Translations under genes and position numbers: made by a program
The notes under the pieces: model-generated
What the model was told of the DNA's origin: nothing
Database searches by the model: none
Seen by the model: only the letters and a program-made list of their open reading frames with translations
Sequence record: OQ411014.1
Reading direction: 5' to 3' (one strand)
DNA: 64,000 nucleotides
Shown here: piece by piece, positions 1 through 9,729 of the stretch
How positions within the stretch are numbered: position 1 is the first letter of the stretch
How the letters are laid out: every line of letters starts with the position of its first letter

Positions 1-576
1 CAACAAACCAGTGACCAGACCAGAATCAGAAACTGAAGCTACTGTTGGTTCGGAAGATTCCCACAGTACTGATTGGTTTGTAGCATCCTCTGGTGTGAAA
101 ATTGGCGTGAGTTGGTCAGTTTCACCTGTCTGAATAGAAGATGTTACTTTATTCAATGCAAGACCAGTAACATACACTGAACGATCACGTTGACTTGCAT
201 AAGAATTAAGATAAAATGATGAACCATCGCCTAGGATGATTTTATTTAAGAATAGTTTTATTGCAAAACCGACCAGTTCATCTTTTTCTGGATCATATAC
301 CTTAATACAAAATTTACCAGGGTCAAGTTTAGCAGCAAGTTCTTCATCGGTATCACTTAGCAATAACGGTTGTTTGTTCTTATCCAAAGCTGTTATTTGA
401 AGAAATTCATATAGTGAATCACCAGTTTTGGATTGCAAGTCAAACATGATAGTACTTCTCTGTTTTGATATATTAATAGTAGTTAGTTCTGTACCATCTT
501 TCAATACGGCAGCGTTGACATTTATACCCGAAATATCGAACGGAAATTGGTCGCGGCGAGCAATTGGTTTACCCAT
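1..576 (-). CDS. Ig-like (Big_2-type) domain protein, probable virion surface protein; partial, runs off the window
   Basis: Not in the ORF track. My translation from ATG 576 (SD AAGGAGG): MGKPIARRDQFPF...VTGLALNKVTSSIQTGETDQLTPIFTPEDATNQSVLWESSEPTVASVSDSGLVT, a typical Big_2 signature. TAAATA late motif at 607-612 on the minus strand. Confidence 0.72.
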   Translation of the reverse strand, partial: MGKPIARRDQFPFDISGINVNAAVLKDGTELTTINISKQRSTIMFDLQSKTGDSLYEFLQITALDKNKQPLLLSDTDEELAAKLDPGKFCIKVYDPEKDELVGFAIKLFLNKIILGDGSSFYLNSYASQRDRSVYVTGLALNKVTSSIQTGETDQLTPIFTPEDATNQSVLWESSEPTVASVSDSGLVTGLL

Positions 577-633
577 TGTAACCTCCTTATAGTTTACAAT
601 TTTAAATATTTATCCATAATGTGCTAAAAAAAC

Positions 634-663
634 TTGCACATTCCAAGATAATACTGATATAAT
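634..663 (+). promoter_or_regulatory. sigma70-type early promoter with extended -10
   Basis: TTGCAC-N18-TATAAT, with TG two bases upstream of the -10. Confidence 0.7.
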
Positions 664-716
664 AGACTCATCCAACGCGAAGTTGGTGTAAACAAACTAC
701 TAAGAGGACTTAGACA

Positions 717-1790
717 ATGAAAAACGAAAACGTATATGTATACATCGGACGCTTCCAGCCAGCACATAAAGGCCACGAAGCAGTACTTGAAAATGCAATC
801 AAAAAAGCTGACCGTGTTGTTATTCTAGTGGGTAGTGCTGAACAAGCTCGTTCCCCTAAGAACCCGTTCACCTTTGAAGAACGCCAAAAAGTACTGGACG
901 GTATCACAACTCGTCTTGCACAAGATGAATGGGCGAAAGGTCGCCGTGTGATGATCGACATCCTACCTGTACATGACTTCGTATACAACAACCAGAAATG
1001 GCTCATGGAAGTTCAAGAACAAGTTCGTTCCTGCACTAAAAGTGAAAACATTACTCTAACTGGTTGTCGTAAACATGGCGATGATAGTACTTTCTATCTT
1101 GAGTTCTTCCCTCAGTGGAATCAAGATTTCATTACAGAAACTACACAAGAAGATGTTGGTATCAATGCCACTCAACTACGTAACCAATTCTTCAGTACTA
1201 AACAAGTACCTGAACAAAATGTACTTACTCCTGAAACTGTAGAGTTCCTTGAGAAGTTCAGCGTAGAAAAGAAAGATGTACTAGATTACCTAGTGAAAGA
1301 ACATGCTTTTACTACAAAATATAAAGCAGACATGAAGAAACAACTACCATTTGACACAATCCCATTCCTGACTGGTGATAGTCTGATTGTCTGTGCAGGT
1401 CATGTTCTTGTAGGTATTCGTCGCTCTGAACCAGGCAAAGGTCAGTACTGTCTACCTGGTGGGTTCTTCGATGCATGGAAAGATAAAGATCAAGTTGATA
1501 CTGCTTTACGTGAACTCAAAGAAGAAACCAAAATTGATGTACCAATGAATAAACTACGCGGTTCTATTGAACGTGTAGAAGAGTTTGGTGACTTTGACCG
1601 TGACCCACGCTGGCGTGTAATCACTAAGTGCATCTACATCAAACTTGACGGTACTAAACTACCTAAAGTAAAAGGCTCAGATGATCTCAAAGGTTGCTTC
1701 TGGATGCCTATGACTGAAATTGCTAAAAATCGTGCTAACTTCTTTGTTGATCACGTTTCCATCATTGACACGTTCTTAGGAATCCTGTAA
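717..1790 (+). CDS. nadM: Bifunctional NMN adenylyltransferase / ADP-ribose Nudix pyrophosphatase (NadM-Nudix)
   Basis: GRFQPAHKGH (HxGH) and SPKNPFTFEER; C-terminal Nudix box LPGGF...RELKEET and RDPR. Confidence 0.93.
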   Translation: MKNENVYVYIGRFQPAHKGHEAVLENAIKKADRVVILVGSAEQARSPKNPFTFEERQKVLDGITTRLAQDEWAKGRRVMIDILPVHDFVYNNQKWLMEVQEQVRSCTKSENITLTGCRKHGDDSTFYLEFFPQWNQDFITETTQEDVGINATQLRNQFFSTKQVPEQNVLTPETVEFLEKFSVEKKDVLDYLVKEHAFTTKYKADMKKQLPFDTIPFLTGDSLIVCAGHVLVGIRRSEPGKGQYCLPGGFFDAWKDKDQVDTALRELKEETKIDVPMNKLRGSIERVEEFGDFDRDPRWRVITKCIYIKLDGTKLPKVKGSDDLKGCFWMPMTEIAKNRANFFVDHVSIIDTFLGIL

Positions 1791-1791
1791 T

Positions 1792-2331
1792 ATGAATGTA
1801 ATTTCTCTGACTCCAGGTTTGAAAGCAGACTTGGATGCAGTAAAGGAAAGTAAGTACAATAAGATAACTAGCTGTACTGAACTAATCTTGAGTACTGATG
1901 GTTATTCTGAATGTAATCAATTGTTCGTTGATGCACTTCAACACATTGATAAAAAACTGTATCTAACCGATTTTCTTTATCTTATTCAGAGAACGTGGAT
2001 TAGCAATGCACAAAACAGAAATCACCTGAATTCAGGTGAAAGTACTTCAAGCTATGGTTATTGGAAATATAACTTCGCTGGAGTATCATCGGATACTTTA
2101 TACATTACGAACTATGTTCCGTCTGGAAATATCAGAATTGTCGATTCAGTACAACATTATGAATATTATGATATTGACACGGAAAAGCCAAGTCTGTATA
2201 CTATATCCGATATCGTAATTAGAAATGAAAAGACATTGTTCAACATGGTATTTCCAACGACTACTAAACTGTTTTCGAAGGAATACATGAAGTTCACAAT
2301 TCCATTGTCTCTGATTATGAACAACCAATAA
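1792..2331 (+). CDS. Hypothetical protein between nadM and nampt
   Basis: 179-aa ORF coupled to the nadM stop (TAATATG). Confidence 0.7.
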   Translation: MNVISLTPGLKADLDAVKESKYNKITSCTELILSTDGYSECNQLFVDALQHIDKKLYLTDFLYLIQRTWISNAQNRNHLNSGESTSSYGYWKYNFAGVSSDTLYITNYVPSGNIRIVDSVQHYEYYDIDTEKPSLYTISDIVIRNEKTLFNMVFPTTTKLFSKEYMKFTIPLSLIMNNQ

Positions 2332-2379
2332 GAACGCGGAGTTCTTATATAACATCAACTACCAAAGAGGTAATATAAA

Positions 2380-3852
2380 ATGCAAAACGTAAATTTCATC
2401 CTAAACGCAGATAGTTACAAGCACTCTCATTTACTAATGATGAAAGAAGGTGTTCAAGCTCTTGAATCAAACATCATTGCTCGTAAACCATCTAAATTCA
2501 CCAGTCATGTAGTTATGATGGGTCTTCAGATTTTCGTTCAGGAATATCTGGATATCACAATTACTGCGGCTGATATCGATGAAGCAGAGATTGAAACAAA
2601 CGAACGTGGTGATGATTTTGACCGCGACTTCTGGGAACACATCGTGAATGTACACAAAGGTAAACTACCTTTACATATCCGTGCTATCCCTGAAGGTACA
2701 GTAGTTCCAGTTGGTATGCCGTTGGTTCGCTCCTTCAGTACTGACCCACGTACTATGGTACTCGCTAGTTTCGTCGAAACTCAATTACAACGTGCAATCT
2801 GGTTCCAAACTACTGTTGCATCTAATGCTCGCAGTATCAAGGAATTTCTTGCTGATACTATGGAACGTCATGCTGGTCATCGCTTTGTGGATTATCATCT
2901 ACATAACTTCGGCTGTCGTGGTGCAAGTTCCTATGAAACAGCAATGCTCGCAGGTGTAGCTCATGCCGCTCTATTCAGTGGCTCTGACTGCCTATTAGCA
3001 AACCGTAGTATCAAATACTACTACAATACTACTAAACCATATGTTAGTAGTGTTATGGCGAGTGAACACAGTGCTACATGTTCTAACTCCGATGCAGACA
3101 AGCGTGATGATTCAGCAATGGCGTTGAAGATGGTTCGCCTATGGGAAAAGAAAGTAGATAAGTTCATTGCTAATGGTTCAGTTGGTGCACCCCCAATTGT
3201 TTCTGTAGTAATCGATACTTATGATGCTTATCGCTTTGTTCGTGAGTTCATCGGTACTCGTCTAAAATCTACAATCGAAGAGATTGCAGCTAAATGTCCA
3301 AGTGCTAAACTAGTAATGCGTCCTGATAGTGGTAATCCACTAACTATGCCAATCGAAATCGTATCTATCCTTATGGAGAAATTCGGTTCAGTACTGAATG
3401 CTAATGGCATGAAAGTACTTCCATCTTTCATTGGTGTTCTTCAGGGCGACGGAGTTTCAGAAAGTTCAATCCGTGAAATCGTCCACAACCTAGAGAAAAA
3501 GAACTACTCTCTAGAGAATCTAATCTTTGGTATGGGTGGTAAAAACTCCCACGTCGAAGGTGGTCGTGATGCATATTCTTTCGCCCAGAAAGGTTGTGCA
3601 CAGCAACTAGCTGATGGTACTTGGGAAGATTTGTTCAAAGATCCTATTACTGACGTTGGGAAAAAATCCCTTCGTGGTCGTGTAACTACTTACTTGTGCA
3701 AAGAAAGTGGGAAGATGATGGCTGAACGAATCGAACTACAAGAAGTAAATCCTTTCTTAGAAGATATGATGGTTGACATTTTTGTAAATGGTGATATCAT
3801 GAATCTAAGCTCTTTTGATGATGTACGTGCTCGTGCGAACAAGGGATTGTAA
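2380..3852 (+). CDS. nadV: Nicotinamide phosphoribosyltransferase (Nampt/NadV)
   Basis: ADSYKHSH, HNFGCRG, ASEHS, IDTYD, RPDSG, GMGG, KDPITD..KKSLRG motifs. Confidence 0.95.
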   Translation: MQNVNFILNADSYKHSHLLMMKEGVQALESNIIARKPSKFTSHVVMMGLQIFVQEYLDITITAADIDEAEIETNERGDDFDRDFWEHIVNVHKGKLPLHIRAIPEGTVVPVGMPLVRSFSTDPRTMVLASFVETQLQRAIWFQTTVASNARSIKEFLADTMERHAGHRFVDYHLHNFGCRGASSYETAMLAGVAHAALFSGSDCLLANRSIKYYYNTTKPYVSSVMASEHSATCSNSDADKRDDSAMALKMVRLWEKKVDKFIANGSVGAPPIVSVVIDTYDAYRFVREFIGTRLKSTIEEIAAKCPSAKLVMRPDSGNPLTMPIEIVSILMEKFGSVLNANGMKVLPSFIGVLQGDGVSESSIREIVHNLEKKNYSLENLIFGMGGKNSHVEGGRDAYSFAQKGCAQQLADGTWEDLFKDPITDVGKKSLRGRVTTYLCKESGKMMAERIELQEVNPFLEDMMVDIFVNGDIMNLSSFDDVRARANKGL

Positions 3853-3859
3853 TATCAAT

Positions 3860-3884
3860 GGGGAGTCTTAGTACTCCCTTTTTT
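3860..3884 (+). terminator. Rho-independent terminator
   Basis: GGGAGT-cttagt-ACTCCC followed by a T run. Confidence 0.75.
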
Positions 3885-3895
3885 GCGAGGTTTAT

Positions 3896-4534
3896 ATGTG
3901 GTCTAAAGTAAAAGATAATCTAGATGCGTACATTATCCCACTACACGATGTGGTATGGCTACGAGATGAAGTACGTAAGGCAATGACCGAAGGTTATGCG
4001 TTTCCAGCAGAAGAAGATGAAATTCAAAAAGATGCATCAGTAGTTTCTGATGAAATGATTATCGGTTATCCAGATCCAGAAAATGAAAATATGTTCATGT
4101 TTGGATTCAAAGATGATGATTGTCTGGACGACCAAAGTATCATTGACCACATTACACATCGCTGTTGGGAAGATATTAGTGAAGCTGGTATTGTTTCATT
4201 TGGTGAAATGGAAAGTTTTTCAGCAGTTGTGTATAATGAAGATGTTCCAAATTTCCGTAAGCACAAGACAGAAGTGGATAACTTCCTAACTCATTTGATT
4301 GGTCGATCTATTGTTAGTGATGAGCCATCATTCCTCAATAACACTGCGGAATGTAAAGAATTCATCTTAGAACGATATGATTATGAAAATATGAAACGTA
4401 CTGCGACGAATAAGTGGGGCAACTTCAATTATCGTTTATTTGAAAATGATGAAGGAGATGTCGTGACAATCGTTACATACAATGCTAAACTGATCTCCTA
4501 CTATAACTTCAGATACAAAGACGAGGATCTATAA
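3896..4534 (+). CDS. Hypothetical acidic protein
   Basis: 212-aa ORF with SD GAGG. Confidence 0.75.
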   Translation: MWSKVKDNLDAYIIPLHDVVWLRDEVRKAMTEGYAFPAEEDEIQKDASVVSDEMIIGYPDPENENMFMFGFKDDDCLDDQSIIDHITHRCWEDISEAGIVSFGEMESFSAVVYNEDVPNFRKHKTEVDNFLTHLIGRSIVSDEPSFLNNTAECKEFILERYDYENMKRTATNKWGNFNYRLFENDEGDVVTIVTYNAKLISYYNFRYKDEDL

Positions 4535-4535
4535 A

Positions 4536-4748
4536 ATGGTTTTGACTTATCTTTTCATGTTCGGTATGTACGCAGTAACCACTGGTTGTGCATGGTTCCT
4601 GACTTCAATTACATTCATTGGTTGGGCCAATCGTGAAGGTAAAATCAAATACGGCTTGTGGTTCCGTGAGTTCAGTCCTTTTGTAGTACCACTATGGATT
4701 ACAACTATTGTAATTTATATTCTCATCCCAGTAGTATTCTTGGGTTGA
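4536..4748 (+). CDS. Small membrane protein (2 TM)
   Basis: Two hydrophobic segments; coupled start. Confidence 0.65.
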   Translation: MVLTYLFMFGMYAVTTGCAWFLTSITFIGWANREGKIKYGLWFREFSPFVVPLWITTIVIYILIPVVFLG

Positions 4749-4788
4749 CATTACAGTACTGTTCAAGATTTTCTAATAAGGATTATAT

Positions 4789-5391
4789 ATGACTTGTATT
4801 ATCGCTTTTACTGATGGTAAATCATCCTTCATCGCAGGTGACAAACTAGGTTCCAACGGCTTTACTAAATCAGTAATGGTTGAACCAAAAGTCTTTGAGA
4901 AAGAGTTTCATCGTGTTAGTACCAATGATGAAGGTACTGTGCGGACGCGTGAAACGATGGCACTCGGTTATACTACGTCATTTCGTATGGGACAACTTCT
5001 GTCTTACAATCTAGTACTGCCTGACCAAGATGCGAATCAATCCTTCAGTCAGTACCTGGTTCAGAAAGTAATTCCACTTATTCGTCATATGTTCAAAGAT
5101 GAATGGGGTGCACGTGATAGCTCACAAGATATTGGTGGTGGTCAGTTCATTATTCTGCATAACCACACTATCTACGAAGTTCAAGGTGACTTCTCAGTAC
5201 TGCAACCTAAGACACAAATTACTGCTGTAGGTTCAGGTACTTACCATGCAATTGCAGCTATGCAAGCACTACAAAGTGTTTCATCTGATACTAAGAAAGA
5301 TCTACTACATTACGTACCAACGATTTTTGATATTGTCAGTACTAATGTAACTTCAGTATCTGCTGAACATGATGTATTGCATTACAAATAA
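4789..5391 (+). CDS. Proteasome-beta/HslV-like Ntn-hydrolase (putative threonine peptidase)
   Basis: N-terminal M-T-C-I-I, IAGD, GYTTSFRMGQ, AVGSG: the Ntn T1 pattern. Confidence 0.62.
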   Translation: MTCIIAFTDGKSSFIAGDKLGSNGFTKSVMVEPKVFEKEFHRVSTNDEGTVRTRETMALGYTTSFRMGQLLSYNLVLPDQDANQSFSQYLVQKVIPLIRHMFKDEWGARDSSQDIGGGQFIILHNHTIYEVQGDFSVLQPKTQITAVGSGTYHAIAAMQALQSVSSDTKKDLLHYVPTIFDIVSTNVTSVSAEHDVLHYK

Positions 5392-5582
5392 TGGTTGATA
5401 TATTTTTCATTGTAATGATGATGCTTGGTGTATTCGGGTTGATTGCAATTACCCGAATCACTGATAGACCATACACAGATAACATTGAACGCGTTTGTAT
5501 GTTTCTACTAAGTACTATAATGTTGGTTATCGTTGGTGTAGTAGGTTCTATGTTTGCAGAACTAATTCTAATTGCGTACTGA
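5391..5582 (+). CDS. Small membrane protein (2 TM)
   Basis: Hydrophobic 63 aa; TAATG overlap. Confidence 0.6.
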   Translation: MVDIFFIVMMMLGVFGLIAITRITDRPYTDNIERVCMFLLSTIMLVIVGVVGSMFAELILIAY

Positions 5583-5605
5583 TGTACGCTTTTTAAGGAG
5601 TACTT

Positions 5606-5839
5606 ATGGACTTAGCAGATTTGGTTTATGTTGTATCGTTAGTACTGTACGGTATTTGTATAGTACTGACTATGTTAGAATGGAGTACTTGGAGTGATGG
5701 TTTCAAAGAACTAAATGGTGAGTTTACCTCTAAATACTATGCAATTAGTTATTTTATCATGAAGTTAGGTATGATTGGAATGTATGGTATTTTGGGATAT
5801 CTATTCTACTTCTTACCTGAACATATGAGATTATTTTAG
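5606..5839 (+). CDS. Small membrane protein (2 TM)
   Basis: Hydrophobic 77 aa; SD AAGGAG. Confidence 0.65.
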   Translation: MDLADLVYVVSLVLYGICIVLTMLEWSTWSDGFKELNGEFTSKYYAISYFIMKLGMIGMYGILGYLFYFLPEHMRLF

Positions 5840-5849
5840 GAGATATAAA

Positions 5850-6281
5850 ATGGCAGGAAAAGGATATTGCAGCCTAAAACTTGATAAAGCACAAGCAAAG
5901 GAATTGAAACGGATTTTAAAAATCGGTGGCGTTGAATGCTTAGACCCTTCGGATTTGCATTGTACTTTAATGTACGATGAAAGTAATCCTAACATCAAAA
6001 TGCTCAAGAACACAAAGACTTATAAAGCTAAAGTAACTGGTGTTAGTAAATTGGGTGATGCGATTGTATTGGATTTGGAATCCCCTGGCATCAAGAAACG
6101 TCATCAGGAATTGAAGAATGCTGGTTATAAGCACTCATTCCCTGAATTGAAAATTCATATGAGCATCAACTACGATCCAAAAAGTACTGATAAGGATTTA
6201 CTAGAACTCTTTATCAAATTGAAGGGTATTCCTTCAGTACTGATATTTGGTAATGAAAAATTTGAATCTCTAAAGCCGTAA
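5850..6281 (+). CDS. acb1: 2H phosphoesterase, Acb1 (T4 gp57B)-like anti-CBASS nuclease
   Basis: LHCT and IHMS catalytic motifs; the pattern VLDLES..IKKRH...GYKHSF..LKIHMSINY parallels T4 Acb1 as I recall it. Confidence 0.78.
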   Translation: MAGKGYCSLKLDKAQAKELKRILKIGGVECLDPSDLHCTLMYDESNPNIKMLKNTKTYKAKVTGVSKLGDAIVLDLESPGIKKRHQELKNAGYKHSFPELKIHMSINYDPKSTDKDLLELFIKLKGIPSVLIFGNEKFESLKP

Positions 6282-6291
6282 GGAGTATATA

Positions 6292-7050
6292 ATGGACGTG
6301 AATAAATTTCTTGACAACAAAGGACAAAAGCGTCTGTTAGTACTAACTGGTGCGGGTTTCAGTGCGGAATCTGGAGTTAGTACATTTCGTGATGCAGAAG
6401 ATGCCCTATGGGAAGGTGTGAAGATTAACGATGTATGTAACATTGCGAGCTTAGGCTTTAAGTACGCACAAGTACATGCATTCTACAACACACTAAGAAC
6501 TATCATCAAGGACAAAGAGCCTAACGAAGCACACTATGAAATTAGCGTTATGGAGTCAATGTACGGGGATAACTTCCTACACATGACTGCTAATATCGAT
6601 GATTTATATGAGCGTGCTGGTGGCACTGCTATGCACCTTCATGGCAACATCAAAGAAGTCATTGAGAACTATTCAATGGCACATAACGACTTTACAGTAC
6701 TGGATGTTGGATATGAAGTTTATATTCCAAAGGAAGGTGTATTTGCTAAACCTAATGTAGTATTCATTGGTGAATCAGAGCGTTATGTGAATAACCAGCG
6801 TATTCCGTTGTATGAAGAACGAAATAAAGTACTGGCATCCTTGACAGACTTAGATACCGTTGTTATCATTGGTTCATCGGATACAATCCTGAAGTGGAGT
6901 TCGTTGGTTGGTTTAGGCACACCAGCTTATACCATCAACATCAACACAAGAAAGAATGACACTGACTGGGCGTTCGATAAGAAGATTTACAAGCCAGTAA
7001 CTAAAGCGTTATTGGAATTGAGGGAGTTAGTTCTTACACGGATGGGATAG
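6292..7050 (+). CDS. Sir2/CobB-family NAD-dependent deacylase lacking the zinc-binding cysteines
   Basis: TGAGFSAESGVSTFRD, NIDDLYERAG, HLHG, KPNVVFIGE, IGSS. Confidence 0.9.
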   Translation: MDVNKFLDNKGQKRLLVLTGAGFSAESGVSTFRDAEDALWEGVKINDVCNIASLGFKYAQVHAFYNTLRTIIKDKEPNEAHYEISVMESMYGDNFLHMTANIDDLYERAGGTAMHLHGNIKEVIENYSMAHNDFTVLDVGYEVYIPKEGVFAKPNVVFIGESERYVNNQRIPLYEERNKVLASLTDLDTVVIIGSSDTILKWSSLVGLGTPAYTININTRKNDTDWAFDKKIYKPVTKALLELRELVLTRMG

Positions 7051-7059
7051 GAGTGAGTT

Positions 7060-7614
7060 ATGGATTTTACAGAGATACCATTCGGACAACGCAGTGAAAG
7101 ATTTGACTGTGCGTTCGTTTGGATCTACGCTAAGAATTGCACACCATACAAGGATTATCCATATAATGATATTCCTAACGTATCTTTAGTACTGACAGAG
7201 TTACGCTTTGATGGTCTAATGGGTGCGGTTGGTGGAGCAGTTGAGGATGATGATCCTTCATTGGAAGTGGCAGTGCAACGTGAAGCCTTAGAGGAAATAA
7301 ACTTTTCTCTTGACATTACTAATCTGAAACCGTTATTATCATTACGTTCCCCATACGGAGCACATAACCATAGTTTCTCGTACGAAGTACAGTACGATGA
7401 GCTACTAGAGATTCGGAACAACGCATACAAAGGTGCTCACTTCAGTGCTGAAAATGCGGGTGTAAATCTGATTCACGTATGTCGCTATACGAAGGGAAGA
7501 GGGAACGAATGTGGTTACAATAACATTCTTACACAGAATTTTATTGGCACATCCAAACTGGAACTAGAGCGTTTAGTTCATAATGAAAATTTACTAATAA
7601 ATTACCTTGCATAA
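7060..7614 (+). CDS. Nudix hydrolase
   Basis: RFDGLMGAVGGAVE...QREALEEINF Nudix box. Confidence 0.7.
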   Translation: MDFTEIPFGQRSERFDCAFVWIYAKNCTPYKDYPYNDIPNVSLVLTELRFDGLMGAVGGAVEDDDPSLEVAVQREALEEINFSLDITNLKPLLSLRSPYGAHNHSFSYEVQYDELLEIRNNAYKGAHFSAENAGVNLIHVCRYTKGRGNECGYNNILTQNFIGTSKLELERLVHNENLLINYLA

Positions 7615-7624
7615 AGGATAAAAT

Positions 7625-7957
7625 ATGTATAAGATGTTTATAGACGACCTTCGGGATGCAGAGAAGCATTACCCAAATGAAGGATTCATCGTCACAAGGA
7701 CTTACAATGAAGCTGTACAGTACGTACAAGAACATGGTCTACCTAGTTTTGTTTCATTCGACCATGACTTGGGCGACACTGACAGTACTGATGAGAAGAC
7801 TGGATATTCTTTTGCTAAGTTCCTCATCGAGTACATGATTGATAACGATTTGCGGGAACCGTTTGAGTACTTTATTCACAGTGCTAATCCAGTTGGTGCA
7901 GAGAATATCAAACAGTACTTGCAAAATGGGTTCAACTTTATCCAAGGGCAAGCATGA
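7625..7957 (+). CDS. Stand-alone receiver-like domain (cyclic-phosphate-processing type)
   Basis: FIDDLRD, SFDHDLG, GY..AK, IHSANPVGAENI. Confidence 0.65.
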   Translation: MYKMFIDDLRDAEKHYPNEGFIVTRTYNEAVQYVQEHGLPSFVSFDHDLGDTDSTDEKTGYSFAKFLIEYMIDNDLREPFEYFIHSANPVGAENIKQYLQNGFNFIQGQA

Positions 7958-8244
7958 AAGTAATAACATTTATTCTGATTTTGATTGTTGTTGTTGGTAT
8001 TCGCCTTAAAATAGCGGAGAACCAATACAACACTGAAAGACTGAATATTACGAAAGAATCTGGAACAGTAGTTGCAACTGGACAATGCAACAAATACACT
8101 TGTGCTTACTCTGTAAAAACCTCTAGTGGTTCTACAGTGAACAGTACTGGTGACACTCCGGTAAGTCTCGGTCAAATCGTATACCGTGAATGCTGGGAAG
8201 AAAGGGTCAGGGGTCCGCGTTGTTACGTAGACTTTAGACCATAA
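7954..8244 (+). CDS. Membrane-anchored hypothetical protein
   Basis: N-terminal hydrophobic helix; ATGA overlap. Confidence 0.6.
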   Translation: MKVITFILILIVVVGIRLKIAENQYNTERLNITKESGTVVATGQCNKYTCAYSVKTSSGSTVNSTGDTPVSLGQIVYRECWEERVRGPRCYVDFRP

Positions 8245-8269
8245 AACACTATCATGAAAAGGGAATTTT

Positions 8270-9724
8270 ATGAAAAAATATGCTATTGATACAAACGTAC
8301 TTCTAAGCGATCCAAACGCAGCAACCGCTTTCAAAGGTGCTACAGTGGTTCTACCATTTACAGTACTGGAAGAAATGGACTCCATCAAGAGTCGTGGTGT
8401 TGACGTTAGCCGTGATGCACGTGTAGCAATTCGCAATATCAGTAACATCCTGGAAGACGCGTCTCATGAAGAGATTAGTACTACTGGGGTTGATATGTCC
8501 AAACTACATCCACATTTAGATTCCGACAGTCGTCTAATGATTGTTACATCTGAAGAAGCTGAAGCACTTCTACGTGTTGCAGGTATTGATAAGTCCGATG
8601 CTGAACTTACAAAAGTTGCTACACTAATGAACAGTACTGTACCGGATGACAAGATTATTCTTGTTGCTCTAGCTACAGAATCAGTACTGGTTACTCGTGA
8701 TATCAACATGCGTATCAAAGCTATGGCTTATGGTGTTGAAGTTCAGGACTATCGTAGTGATGTTACTATTTCCGATTCTGACCTACTACATATTGGGAAC
8801 CACAAACTAGAGTTTTCGTTCTGGGATACCATTGCGGATCGTGGTTTAGAAGTTTTCAGTACTAAAGAAGGTCGTAACACTTATCAACTAATTGCTAAAG
8901 ATGCAATTCAGGATCTACTACCAGAAAATCTATGCGTTGGTGACTATCTATATGATGACACTGATTTGCTAATGGTATATGATGGAGAAGGTGATCGTGA
9001 GTTCTCTGATGGTGAAGTTGATGACACAGTGTACTCCGTGTTCATTGATGTTGGTCAACACAGTGCAATGCGTACTAAGATTTGGGATATCAAAGCTAAG
9101 AACGTGAAACAAGCAATGGCAATCAACAGTATTCTTGACCCTAATGTTCACTTGACAGTACTGTTAGGTTCTGCGGGTACAGGTAAGACTTTGATTACTC
9201 TAGCATGTGCACTAGAACTAACATTAGAGAAGCGTCAGTACGATAAAGTTATTTTCTCTAAAACCCAAGACTCACAGTTTGATGAAATTGGTTTCTTACC
9301 AGGAACCGAAATGGAAAAAATGCTTCCGAATTGTGGACCTGCACTGGATGCATTGGAATTCCTTCACAAAGATGATGCTAACCCTCAAGGTTCAATTGAA
9401 GAAATCATCAAACGTAATGTTGTACAATTCAAAGCACTGAACTTTATTCGTGGACGTTCGTTTACCAATACAATTCTAGTTGTTGATGAATTCCAAAACA
9501 TTACTCCGGCTCAAGCTAAAACTATCTTGACACGGGCAGGAATGAACTGTAAAGTTATCATCATGGGTAACTTAGCACAGATTGATAGTAAGTTTATCAG
9601 TTCTGTAAACAGCGGTTTGACCTATGTAGTTGAGAAGTTCAAAGATTGGGAAGGTTGTCGTATCATCGAACTCGAAGGTGTTGTACGTTCTGCACTAGCT
9701 GAATTCGCTGAAGAAAATATGTAA
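8270..9724 (+). CDS. phoH: PIN-PhoH family ATPase/RNase (PhoH2-like)
   Basis: N-terminal PIN (IDTNVLL, DDKI, VTRDINMRIKA); GSAGTGKT, GFLPG, RGRSF, DEFQN, GNLAQID, RSALAE. Confidence 0.92.
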   Translation: MKKYAIDTNVLLSDPNAATAFKGATVVLPFTVLEEMDSIKSRGVDVSRDARVAIRNISNILEDASHEEISTTGVDMSKLHPHLDSDSRLMIVTSEEAEALLRVAGIDKSDAELTKVATLMNSTVPDDKIILVALATESVLVTRDINMRIKAMAYGVEVQDYRSDVTISDSDLLHIGNHKLEFSFWDTIADRGLEVFSTKEGRNTYQLIAKDAIQDLLPENLCVGDYLYDDTDLLMVYDGEGDREFSDGEVDDTVYSVFIDVGQHSAMRTKIWDIKAKNVKQAMAINSILDPNVHLTVLLGSAGTGKTLITLACALELTLEKRQYDKVIFSKTQDSQFDEIGFLPGTEMEKMLPNCGPALDALEFLHKDDANPQGSIEEIIKRNVVQFKALNFIRGRSFTNTILVVDEFQNITPAQAKTILTRAGMNCKVIIMGNLAQIDSKFISSVNSGLTYVVEKFKDWEGCRIIELEGVVRSALAEFAEENM

Positions 9725-9729
9725 TATAT

